A stretch of DNA of 64,000 nt from Fimbriosthenelais zetlandica (lineage: Eukaryota), in contig OZ365109.1 of assembly GCA_977030845.1 (NCBI GenBank), positions 23,498,001 to 23,562,000 of the forward strand, written 5' to 3'. Position numbers and translations under genes: made by a program. Each line of letters opens with the position of its first letter. Positions within the stretch are counted from its first letter, which is position 1. Positions 25,170-37,229 of the stretch are shown here, piece by piece. A model generated the notes under the pieces. The model had not been told where the DNA came from and did not search any database. It worked only from the letters and a program-made list of their open reading frames with translations.

Positions 25170-25785
25170 GGCCTGTTTCATAAAGACCCGCGCACTGTCA
25201 CGTACACTTAATATGGGGAAGCTGTAATGTGGTCGGCGTTGTGAAACGGTCCCCATTCCGCTGGCAGACCCTAATAATCGGCCATCTGTATGTGGATGAT
25301 GACTACATTGACAAATGAAAGCATTTACAAGTAACAGATACACAATAATTATTCTTCCGGTCGCTGCGTCTCAATTACAGTACCCTGACAGGTAAGATGC
25401 AATTACCATGTGTTCTGTTATGTAATCGTAAAAGGTTGCAAAGCGTGTAACATTGTTAATATAAGCCTTGATGCAACTATTACAGATCTGTATAGGAAAT
25501 GGGTGGGGTCGTCGTCCAGCTGCACGGTGTTCTAATTGAATTCAGGCTCCCTGAGCCTGTTTCAAAAGGTATATTAGCCATAGACTTAGCATTGCTCATA
25601 TTCCTTTTGAAACAGTCGCCTGGATTCTTCAAATTTGCCGAACACTACCTGCAGATAAAACCTGCAGAAAAGTGTGTCCCATTAGTCCCTTTAAAATAGA
25701 TGTACACTACAGCTCATGGGATGTAAATTCCAGTAAGCCTATATCAGCAGCAGCAACATTGTATCGGGTCTTTATGATACGGGCC
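25170..25785. mobile_element. ~616-bp element with 21-bp TIRs (family B ends)
   Basis: GGCCTGTTTCATAAAGACCCG (25170-25190) and CGGGTCTTTATGATACGGGCC (25765-25785) are inverted with 2 mismatches. Related solo right ends near 22241-22258 and 24739-24755 are each followed by CTG. No matching TSD seen. Confidence 0.55.
25553..25619. mobile_element. MITE family A copy (67 bp), nested in the 25170-25785 element
   Basis: GAGCCTGTTTCAAAAGGTATATTAGCCATAGACTTAGCATTGCTCATATTCCTTTTGAAACAGTCGC|CTG. Confidence 0.8.
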
Positions 25786-28700
25786 AGGCATGTTCGGGAA
25801 ACATTAGACTGACAATTGCCTGACTGCACATCCAAGAGCTTTTATAAGTATGTTCAAGTCATAATTAGGGCATGGGATTCTCCTTTTGTATTTTTCTATG
25901 GCCTAACCTTGTTCATACATGTATTTGGGGAGGAGTGGGTGAACATGAGCCGAGCCGGCATTATTGTGTATCGATTATTCCCTTTTCCTATGGGTGTCAT
26001 TACTAATTAACCCATCATCAGGATAACCTTTTCCTTTAACGAGGTCAAGATGGAGGGACTTCCGGAGGCAGTCTGGCGAGTCTTCCCCGGTCATTGGATC
26101 CTCTGGCTTCATCAGAAATGCACTGCTCTGCCTATATTTTATTCTCAGCTGTGCGGAGCCCGATCGGATGCGCCGATCAGGAGCAATGCAGTTCACCCAT
26201 CAGCATACTGGCATGGATTTTCGAACTTTTTAGCTTTAGAGGTATGAAGATCCAATGAAACATTGCACCTCTGGAGTTTTTTGGGTGGTATTAAAGGAGG
26301 TACTATTGGCCATTGATTGCGGGACCTACACCTGTGTTACAACACGCCTTCGTCTGAGCGGAGCTGCTCCGTTATAGTCGTTCGAGCAGCTCGCTCCTTG
26401 ATCAAAACATAAAAGACGGATATACAACCTCCCACAAGATCTCCGCTGTTTATCGCGGCCTCAAAACTCGCCTCGTCTTGTCGGGAAAGATTAACCCGCC
26501 CCCTTGATAAGAAAATATATCTGGATGCAGTGGTCCGACAGACTTGATAAGACTTTAATGTGGTCAGAAGGGTGAAAAAACAACAGCTCATCCTATCCCG
26601 GCAAAGATCTGGTGGGGTCTTTTTGATGATTCGTGGCCCATGAAAGTTAATCACTGGCCTCAAAAAAGTGACTCGCTAATGAAGTCAATAAAGCGTTCTG
26701 CTCGGCATTAAAGCAATTCATGAAAGATGCGAAAGAGGCACAGATTTTAATTATGTTAAAGGTACACTATTGGAATGTATATTACCACTATGTTTAAATA
26801 AAGAAGACTGATTTGTTACGGAAAGGATATTATCGCTAATTATAGTATCCTGGACTGAATAAAGCAGCAAGCAATGCTTAGAAGAAACGTTCAAAATGAA
26901 AATATCATCCTTTTAAATGACCTTTATATTTTGGTCCGAATCTCCGTTTCAATTAACCCCGCAAGATAGGCAATATTCATAATTCCTTTATATTTATTCT
27001 ATATTAAACACCCATATCTTCAAGCGTTAGGCTCGCATTGACATTTCTTTGGTCTGCTCAATTAAATTTTAAATGCTTATAGTGCAAAAGATGCCACTTT
27101 GAACCCTCAAAGAAAGGCCAACTCTCAACTCATTCTCACGTATAATGCCATCCAACTAATGTAAAAAAGAGATTCATTTATTTCCGTTCTCAATTAAATA
27201 TTTGAAGAGGATTGCCAGCTGATATAGCACGTTCTTCTATCAAGTGGCAAGTAAATTCAGCTGATAAAATTGTTATGGTCATATTTTGCAAAATGAAATT
27301 TGGCGTCATTCGCCTTGGCCTCAGTTCAGCAATAACCTATATGAACTGTATAGTATATGGAAACTCAATGGACGACAGTTGGTTGTAACGTTATAATGGC
27401 CAAATTACTTTCAATGTTAGAAATTAATCAGCACCGTGCCTTATTCCACATAGTTTTATGTAGAAAAAAAATGATACTTCTCCTTACCCACTATGCCCCT
27501 TGGATATATCCGCGGGAACTGAATGGTGATAATTGAGATTCCCCTTCACGATCCTCAGAAGTGATTAGCGGACAAGAGTCCAGCAATTATTCTGATAAAC
27601 CTTATTACTTATAACAAAGCACATAAAAATGTCAATATCTACGTCTTGAAACCATGTAATTATGTCATTTTACTGCATTTAAATGTGGTATTTAACTCTA
27701 ATTACCTTGAAAAGTAGAGACCTTTTTGCACTTTATTAAAGTCCATGTTATTTGGCTATGAGTCAGGGTTTAGTCATTCGGAGCTGCGTTGGGCTCGATC
27801 GTTTCCTAGTAGTTCATCATATTAATGTTGTTCTCGTTAGGAAACCAGGGGCCCATTTTCATCTCATGGAAACAATACGCAAGCAAACGCTCCCCATGCA
27901 GCCCATTGCAAAGCACACTGCCCATTGCAAACTCAATGGATGACAGTTGGTTTCGCCATCATCATCTTACCATCACTTTTCATTTGTCTTTATACACTAA
28001 TTCCTTTATAAAGAGAGAAAAAGAACCTTAGTGTTTACATAAGTCTTTGCTTTACTGTAGAAACTAAACGTTTCTCGAACCGACAGTCTTGTTAAAGCAT
28101 TAGGTATTACGTATACATAACGAGCCTTCCATCGGTTTTGAATGCTGCCCTCACGTTTTTTCCTTATCAGGGAAAAAAACTCTAATTTAGCATGGCAATG
28201 ATAAATCATTATGTAATGGTAAATGCTTTGTCTAATCGGGATGTAAGCATTATCTCTGTCTCTTCATGTGGATGAATGCTTTATTCATATCCCTAAACAA
28301 GACAGACCTTAAAAGGATTGTCGTCAGGGTATTAAAGATGCTAGGCAATGATTTATATTCTTTCAGGGCTCTCCCATTGTCTATACTACTTCAGCTATCA
28401 AACTAATAGCTTAATATTTTGTGCAACAAGCCTGCTCGGGTAGTGAATTGCTTGCTCATACGCCTGTATCTGCTGTGGGCCCAGGTCATAAATATGCATT
28501 GGAATAATCAAATTCCACTTGAAAAAGACTACGTGCTGTGTTCTTCTGCCCCCAACCTGGGTGATGCAATGTTTAAGGCAGTCCTAACTGTACTGTTAAT
28601 TCAAATATCATGACCTCTGCATCAGCATATAAAGTTTATGAAGAAGTCAATCTCCCAGCACCTCCCAAGCCATGTCATTTAATTATTTTCTTTATTATAT

Positions 28701-29614
28701 GATCATTATCTTCTTAACCTTTGCAGTCAGTTATGAGTGTTGTAATTATGCATGTTCCAGTGCCAGATCTAAATTAAAAGTGGCATTTTGATTCAAGTTA
28801 CTCCCTCTCCTCCTCGCGGTCTCCTCCTCTCCTGGCCCAAGCCAACACCCACGCCCTGCTTTGACAGGCCTGATATTGGAGACCACGTACTTATAACCTG
28901 AATGGAATAAGATACTTCAGGTAAAACTTAATACATGACATTACTTGACAGCTCCCTCCACCATCGGACAATCATTATGAATGACTTTTTAATCAAAAGC
29001 TCCAGCAGCAGCTGCTGTTGTTAACCCCAGTGAGAAATCCAGTGAGGTGTATGCCATGGACGTGCCTTTTTCGCTACTTATAGATGCCCCTGCTTAGCAA
29101 TTGAGGGTTTATTTTTAAGCGTGACTTTTTGGCGATTACACGAAGAGGTTACTTTGCTTTGTGTTGAAAGATGAAAGGAATTGAAGGGTCAAAAAATCGT
29201 TTGAACCTCGCATTATTGAATTTTACTGTGTATATTATACATGTACATGCAATTATATGTAGGATACTTATATACTCTATTATAACGTTCTTTTAGTCAG
29301 TGTAATTCTTCCTTTTTACTTGCTGTACAGCTTGTTCACAATAACATCCTGAGTTACGTCAGGGAAGGTACCAACATTATTGCCGATGTTATTATTTAAG
29401 AGAGATAGATTTGTACAGCCTACATGTACATGTAGATTGTGTCTTAATATTATCACAGAGGAAACTTCCTTGGCATTGATTGGTTTAATGTATATAATGT
29501 ATAGTCTATTAGGCCTACCTCAGAAAAAAACCGGAATTAGTCATTCGGTTAGATCAAATAATCACGGTAAACTTTCCAACTTTCCTTTCCCAGAATTGAT
29601 GGGCAGGGTGAGCT

Positions 29615-30640
29615 AAGATGGCGGAAGTTAATTATATATAACTGTTTGATATCCAATACATGATACGTGACGAAAAATTGACGCTATTAGCGCTTCTGGC
29701 AAGTGATAGAATGACCTTTAAAAAGGAACGAAGGCATTATATATCTTACATCCGTACTATTTAATACAAACGGGAGTATTTTCTTTGACGCTAATGATGT
29801 TTGTTGGACATTCCCTTTGTCCAGATATAAAATTCAACTATATGGCCATTCTTTGCAGGAAAAAGAATAATAGAGACGGTTTTATTCTGAATTATTTGTG
29901 ACGCACATAGTCCTGGACCATGGAGGTCACATCAATATATGCTCTTAGGACCGGAAGTGTGCAAGTCACAAACAATGTTCCATTATGAAGCGATGAAAAC
30001 ATCTATACAACATTCACGGGCCTTGTAACAAAGAAATCTACCAATCCCTTTCAGACGTGTAGACATCCCTTCATGCATATCAGCAAAATTATACTTTCAA
30101 GAAGTGAGCAATTTGTTGCAACACTGAAAGGAAAATGAGGAATGCAAAGAGAAAAAGAACCAGGAGGATGAGCAGTATAAATATGGCTAGATTGCAAGGC
30201 AAGAAGACAAATAGCACAGATTGTGGAAGATTCGGCCCTTATTGAATTGCCTATGATAAATGCATACATTCATTGAGGCATGTATCTCTACAATCTGTGG
30301 CTGCAATTTTCGCCCTGTGGAAGTCGAGGATGCCCATGCGCAGCGCATGCGTGAGGTGAATGGCAAGTGCGACGATGCCAAACCCAGAGTCTCGCCTCTC
30401 CGTCTGGCAAATGGACCTTAGCTTGGATACGGCCGCCATCATCCAATCACAGCATTATGTCTACAATTTCGAGGGCTCCTAATGGCAACCCGAGCCCCCA
30501 GCCCATTGTGGTCGGCTAAATGAAGACCAAATTTACAGCAAACTGCCCCTGCATTTCTCCATTACATGGCCGGCGACCGCTTCGTTTGCTGGTATTTGAT
30601 TTGGGCGTGATGCGTAAAACCAGCAGCAAACGGCCAATGA
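29615..30640. promoter_or_regulatory. Housekeeping-type promoter motif cluster
   Basis: AAGATGGCGGAAGT (YY1-like overlapping ETS-like, 29615-29628), ACCGGAAGTG (29950-29959), GCGCATGCGT (NRF1-like, 30343-30352), GGCCGCCATC plus ATCCAATCAC (30431-30450), CGGCCAATGA (30631-30640); CpG-rich from about 30300. No linked gene identified. Confidence 0.35.
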
Positions 30641-31685
30641 GGGAGGCAATGCCATTGTACATTCACCCTCCTCCCGAACCTCCCCGAGCCACCCCTCCTT
30701 CCTGTCTCTACACAACCATTTTTCTTCCAGTTAATCACCATTTGTGCTCTCTCATTATATCCAATGTACAAACGGGAAGGATCGTTCCCGAGATCAACCT
30801 GCCTGATACATTCGCCTCCTCTTGCAGCCTTTACAGTTCCTCTTTTTAAGAGGAATTTAATACGGTGACGAACGAACTCTAAGTAATTGCCATTCTATAG
30901 GAGAATCTTTCCTAATAGGGTTTCCACACTAAGCAGACTTACCATGGGGCTCATCTCTTATAATGGTTTCGTTTTAAACAGGCCAAGTCTGTCAGGAGAC
31001 CCTGTCACTACCCAATCTGCTTGGTGTGGACACCCGATTGCAGTTTTGTCTTGCGCTGCGGGAATTCTTGCTAATACCACACCGAATTGAGTGTAAATGA
31101 GTGGACACTATACCAGCTGCAGGATACAGATCATGCCTCTTAGACAAATGGAACAGAGAATGTATCATTACAGATGGTTATTTCTAAAGTTGCCATCCTT
31201 ATGATGCTCTCTCTGTGGGTGCTGTCCTTCGTGAAAACAAAGACTCTTGGGTCGTTGCCTCAAACAGATGACACTTCAACGCCGCTTAGACAAAACTGGG
31301 CCCGTTAATGTGCACTCCAATTTATCTTCCCAGATTAACTGCTTCCTGAGGGAAGTACATCCCAAACAAATAACGTTTTTCTAATTTGATATTCTCGCAT
31401 GGCCTGTTCTATTATACATAGAGATAAAACAATGGGAGAAGGAGTTAACCCAAAGCTCCCCACGTAATATGCAATCATATTTTGGAACTAATGGCGGAAA
31501 CATAAGGGGTTAATGATGCGGTGTTATGGTTCAATTTAGCTGAATGTCTTGGCTTTGTCCAATAGGCATTATTTCGCATGCTTATAATACAAATGAGGTA
31601 ATGTAGATAGATATGGTTTGGTCGAGCGTGAGGAAATGTAGTATATGGCTATCACAAATTAGTGTGAATGATGGATTATGTGAGC

Positions 31686-31740
31686 CAAAGTCTATGGACT
31701 AATAATAGTTTAGCACTACTATAGGGCCTGAAACAGGCCC
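31686..31740. mobile_element. Collapsed MITE family A remnant
   Basis: Core fragment AAAGTCTATGGACTAATA and right terminus CTGAAACAGGCCC followed by CTG. Confidence 0.45.
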
Positions 31741-32006
31741 CTGTTTGATGGGGTAGGTCCATTTGGTTCTTTTACCTTGCGGGTGTTGGGGAGGTTTTTA
31801 CCCTTTGTGGTGTATATATGTCTATGGCCTCAACGTAAATTAGGTAAGGAATTGCATCATTCGGGCACATGCAGTGATAATAAACGAAAATGGCCTTGGC
31901 ACAAATAATGGCAAAAATATATAGGGGCCTAATTATATCTTTTTTAGAAAACAAAGTCAGTGATTAAACCACCTGGCCAGATGTGCTACAGCCTGCGTCA
32001 GGCCGG

Positions 32007-32078
32007 TCCTCGATAGTATAGTGGTTAGTATCCCCGCCTGTCACGCGGGAGACCGGGGTTCAATTCCCCGTCGGGGAG
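32007..32078 (+). tRNA. tRNA-Asp (GTC)
   Basis: 72-nt TCCTCGATAGTATAGTGGTTAGTATCCCCGCCTGTCACGCGGGAGACCGGGGTTCAATTCCCCGTCGGGGAG. Paired acceptor stem (TCCTCGA/TCGGGGA), anticodon GTC at 32040-32042, intact A and B boxes (GGTTCAATTCC), no encoded CCA; closely matches the metazoan tRNA-Asp type. Confidence 0.98.
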
Positions 32079-32085
32079 GTTCCTA

Positions 32086-32090
32086 TTTTT
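32086..32090 (+). terminator. RNA polymerase III terminator (T5)
   Basis: TTTTT run starting 8 nt after the tRNA 3' end. Confidence 0.75.
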
Positions 32091-33775
32091 CATTTCGGAC
32101 TCGTGCAGCTTGTTTCTTCAGGTAAAAAAAAACATCCCTGAAATCGCTGATTAGACACGATCTAAATACAATTTTCTATGTCGGCATCATACTGAATTTC
32201 TCGGGTGGGTTTGGCTGCTTATTTACCCAGGCAGGAACTATATTCGAGAGTATGATCCACACTATTCTCATGAAAAACGTCTCCTTTCTCATGAACATTT
32301 CTGAACAAAAAGATTCAAAGCCATTGCCGTCCTAATATTATCTCAGGAATACAAAATTCTATAGCAATACTTGATTGAATGAAACATTAAAGATTTTCGC
32401 TTTGCCACAAAAAGTGATTCGTGTCTTTCTTTGTCTACATTACAAAAAGGCACAAAAAGTAATATCCTATGCGTCGGAAAAGTAGTTGTAAGGAAGTCGA
32501 TGTTTTAGTTTCAAATTTTGCTTCTTTCCTGACAACATTAAACTTCTAAAGTATGTTTCTTCTCGGAAGCCAATTAACTTACGGAAGCTGATATCGATAG
32601 AGTGAAAAGTGTCATCCATTGCAATAATTGTAATGGAACATTAATATGTTCTCTTAACCTGTATTTTGGTATCCTTATTATGGATACCATGCAGATTGAC
32701 TTCATCCATTCAGGGGGTGAAGCTGCATAATGAGTGGGCAGATATGCTGGGTTAACTTCCTTTGAGTCCCATAATTAACTACATCCTTAGGTTTCCATGA
32801 AATAATTTTATGATCTAACTTTAATTCAACCAGGCTGTCTCCATGGTACCTTTATTGCATTGATTGTTTGTCAAAGAAGGCCCCAGAGTTATGTTCCACA
32901 TCTCTCTTCATCCAAACATCTCTACATCTTCCCTAGTAGTAGTAGAACATTAATTTTCATTTTTTTTTTATTCAAGATGTTTATACAGCATAATTATAGA
33001 AGAAAGAAAGTAAGAAGCTACACAACTACCAAAAAGAAATATAGGTTCACGGAACTTCCGTGGATGCATGTACCATGATCTTCCACCTATCGCTGTGTCT
33101 AGTGCTACCAGATAATAATTGACATCATAGAAAAGAAGAAAGGCCTTTGAAGCAGGCCACTTTTGGACGTCTGGATTATTACTGATTATGAATATGATAT
33201 TTCACATGTTAATTAATGTTAGAGGACCCCTGAGGCAAAGGATGGGAATATTTGTAGCCTATGTGGGGTGTAGTTTTGTAGTGAGTGGCGGTCGAAATGA
33301 TTTTCTTTTAGCTCCTAAGGAGGAAGATGCATGTCCCAAGCATAATTATTCATGTTCATCTTTCATTGAAATCCTACGAAAAGTTCTGTTGATATGCCCT
33401 TAGTATATTTTCATCTAGAATACACATTTTGTGAATGAAGAAATGTGTAGAAGTCAATTCTGAAGAAAATCACAAAGAATCCAGTGGAGCTGTCAAAGTC
33501 AGTAGAGCTGCCTACCCAATAGAGGCAATTACAGATAGCAATTATAGTTTTCCCACTTAACACCAGCCATGTCAGTGGCGCTTTAAGGAATCACCTATAT
33601 TTCCGCTTCCGGTTTCTCCCCAGACAACGTGTATGAGGCCTCATAGGAAGGGCAAGGACAGTCATATAAATAACATGGCTGATTTAAAGGACTTCCCTGT
33701 GCAATTATTGTGAGAAGAACTGCATGTAAAAGGCACGACATCCACTGAAAAGTGGAAAGGGGACGTTACACACCT

Positions 33776-34033
33776 TTAGGAAAGGTTTTTTTGTGAACCG
33801 TTTCTACCTATGGCAATACACATAAACCGGAAGTAGCTATATGATTCCATCTGAAGTTCAGTTGGAGGTTTGTCTTCATACACTAGGTGGCAGGACACTC
33901 GATTTTCGCTATCTGTAATTGTATGATCACTTGAAACGGTGCTTGGATATATTGTGCTTCGGGGTATTGTGACTTTCAACTTGCGGCATGCGGGATGACT
34001 CGCAAGACATTCTCGAGAAAAGGGGTGATACAT
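33776..34033 (-). pseudogene. Possible FN3-like fragment
   Basis: The short ORF ends PPTELQMESYSYFRFMCIAIGRNGS (Y.Fr..A...nG pattern). By-eye match only. Confidence 0.25.
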
Positions 34034-37000
34034 CGAGCTACACCATTACAAACGCCTGGACAACAACTCTATGGACAAGGGCCCCAGTTATATTGCCTCA
34101 TGTTAGATAATAGAAAATCTGGGTTAATATTTCTCTCAGAAGAAGCCATCAAAATGATAAGTCTGTGGGTGGCCACCTACATGTACATCCTGGAAGGGCA
34201 TTAGTAATCAGATCCTTGTATCTGCCACTGAAAGAGGAGGTCTCATAGAAAGGGACTGAAGTCTCGTGGGCGGCCCGAGTCTATTGGTTAGATTTACATG
34301 TGCAGCAGGATACAGAGGTCTGCATTGAAAACCTCTGGTTACAGGTGGTGCCTCGATCTTAATTTAATGACTTTTATCCAGGTATTATGTGGCATCTAAC
34401 TGCTGTAACACACGTCCTTTTATCATCATTAAATTCCTAAAGCCATATGAGCCAAACTTGGTGAAAAAAGACAGAATCGTGCTTGCCTGCCATTGTGTGT
34501 TGAACTTTCTCTTCTGACAGTATTGGGATTAAACGATTAAACTCGGATATATTTTATTTCAGTAACTAGGGGTTTTTTCATGTTACTGCTTGAAATTGTG
34601 AATCATGTGCTCAGGTTTCAAATGATGTCAACTTGAGTAAGTGACCAGCACAAACTACCCAATATCATATTATAATATGAAAAACCCTTGTGGTAAGTAT
34701 TTATTATCAATTTTTATACTACATGTAGGTAAAGTAATTCGATATTTCCGCTTATATATAAACTCTCTCATGTTTGGTGAATCAGCTTTATTTTTATGGA
34801 CATTTTTGTCCACGGAAATTAGTAATAAACAGGGAAAAACATCTTATGATCGAGTTCATCTCATAAGTCGAGATGACATCGTAATGTTACATTATACCCT
34901 TTACATTTTACCAATATTACGTGTACAGTACATTATTTGCTCCTTCTGAAACGACCCCCTGTCGCAATAACAAAGAAACAAGGAAAGAAATCCGCCAGAT
35001 AATAATGATGGCAAGTGACCTCATAGTCTTCTAAGCCAAGCAGCTGGATATGGGCGGATTTGATCTAGTGGAGAGTGACAGGAAGTGTTCTTTTATTGGG
35101 GTTGGGATACTCCCCTTGGGCCACCAGGTGTTCGCATCCAGCAAGGGAAATACATCACCTTACTACACCTTCTGGGCCCTGGAGGCCTTTAAGCCCAGAG
35201 TGTTCCATTGTTTGTCTTAGCTTCAGTCTCTGATTTGAACACACAAAAGCACAGACAAACAGCAGGAAGACAATTAGCCATGCTCTTTTATAGGTTTTCA
35301 GACTAGGCTTCTGGCCTTTGAACAAAACTCATTAATTGGCGTTTATGGTGGGCCACATTAAACAGGCGATAGGTCTCTGACTACTGCATGACCGGTCAGT
35401 AATTTAATATAAGTGAAGAAGTAATTTTATGTTTAAGTTTTTGTCCTTTTTTTCCCAAATGGACAGTGTCTTCAATGTGAAAAAGGACATATCAATTAAG
35501 CTGAATGTGGACATTTTAAATGTGAATGGCCGACAGAAATGTGCTGTGTTTCCGGGCTTCTTGGATTTGTTTGTACAAACATGGAATCACTCGCACTATT
35601 CCCTTCCACCCACGCACTCCTGATTACATTTGTGATGATGGCAACTTCTATGTACATCTACATCATTTGCATGTTCCTTACATGTACATTCCGAGAAAGT
35701 CTCCATTCATGCTTAACATGCTGGACGTTCAGGGTGGATTGAAAAAATTCCCTACCTTTACTACCCAATTGGATATTTTGTGGCTTTCAAATTGCTATAA
35801 TATTGGGGGGATATATTTAATCATAGACGACCCAGACCGATGTTTTCATTGTGTGATATGTAATCACGCACAATAACGTCGCACATGATGGCGTCACACA
35901 CAATTACATAGCACACATTTCAGCAGGATTTAAGGGGAAAAGATAGAAAGCAATGGAAAGAAAAGCAACTGACCAAATGGAGTGAGGTTATACGATTTAG
36001 TGCTTAAAAGAGCTAGGTTTCATTGGGCATTATATTCAGTGAGCTTCTGAAAAAATTCCCAAACCCTGTTCTGGAGCATGGGAGCCTATTTTGTGAGAAT
36101 TGCTCTACGACTGGAACCTTCTAAAACTCTGTAACCACTCCGTATAATATTTCATCTGCTTTATGAAGTCCAATTTAGCTAGAAAGAAATAAAAGCCTTT
36201 AACTGGATTCCCTTTCCAACAAAAAGTTCAAGGGGATTTTCCGATGTCCTCTTTGATGTTGATTATTACGATTCAAGCTTTTAAATTAAAGAATTTATCA
36301 TTGGGAATTGGACACCAACCGATAAAACCGATTTAATAAAAGCCAAAACAAGATTCTTTGAGAACTGGATATACTATGGCGCATGCAGTTGACAGTCAGC
36401 AAATCTGTCGTTTTACTTTCTACATCAAAGCTCTGAAATATTAAAAGGCCAGGAGGAATAAAAAGTGCCATATATTGAGATTTATGGCTGCAATGCAAGA
36501 CCTAGGAGGAAGGAATCGAGTCAGTGTCACCATCGAGATAAATATTCCAGAAGGCTGCCAGAAAGCTAAATAAAAGGTGTCTCCAAAAGTGCAAGAAAAC
36601 CATCTTTTGAACCTTCACTATTAGGAGCTTCCTGAATCGTTGTCACATGTGACAGCAATTAATGACAGCTCATGACAGAGTAAAATGTATGGGTTTTATG
36701 CTAGAAAAACATTTCAATTCATTAGAAAAGGTCACCGACTTTATACATCCTGACGGCTCTTACTACTACTCTACGCCCTCGCCTTTGGAAGGCATGAGTC
36801 AGAGTTGGAAGATGGGTGCTTCTTTGCCTCTTCGCGTGATATACAGGAGGCAACATGGCAGAGTGGTGGGCCGAGGCATTGGCAAATGGACGTGCAGGTG
36901 GGGGACCTTCGCTATGAAGTGTAGGCTGTGAATACGAGACCACAAGAGGAATGACAGTAATGGCTACCTTTGTCACGAGCCTTCCTTACGACTCATGAGC

Positions 37001-37216
37001 CTCGGACATGGGCTGACCACAAGCACCTAGAGCACAATGCTAGGGTCAGCCTATAGAGCTAGCCTCATGGACGCACGGAGGAGGTAGAAGGAGGTGTCAT
37101 ATCAGTTGGTATGCAGTACTGCCACTTGTGGGTGTTGTGCCATCAGTCGTTTAAAATGTCAAGCAGCCCACCCTTTCTAAATGCCAGGCGCATGAGAAGG
37201 CGGGGACTGTAGAGGC

Positions 37217-37229
37217 GGGGGGGGGGGGG
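37217..37229. repeat. G13 homopolymer
   Basis: 13 consecutive G. Confidence 0.95.

Noticed and set aside
24491-25619. Recurrent palindromic unit considered as CRISPR repeats or bacterial REP elements
   Set aside because: Copies are dispersed over tens of kb without regular spacers, no cas genes are present and the context is eukaryotic.
26756-26770. TTAAAGG-type ends (also near 20825, 26292, 33685, 41164) suggesting Kolobok-like elements
   Set aside because: No matching opposite termini could be paired; the 7-mer is common in AT-rich DNA.
30251-30442. Minus ORF starting MMAAVSK as the first coding exon of a housekeeping gene
   Set aside because: No consensus donor site within the frame and no recognisable protein; kept only as part of the motif cluster.
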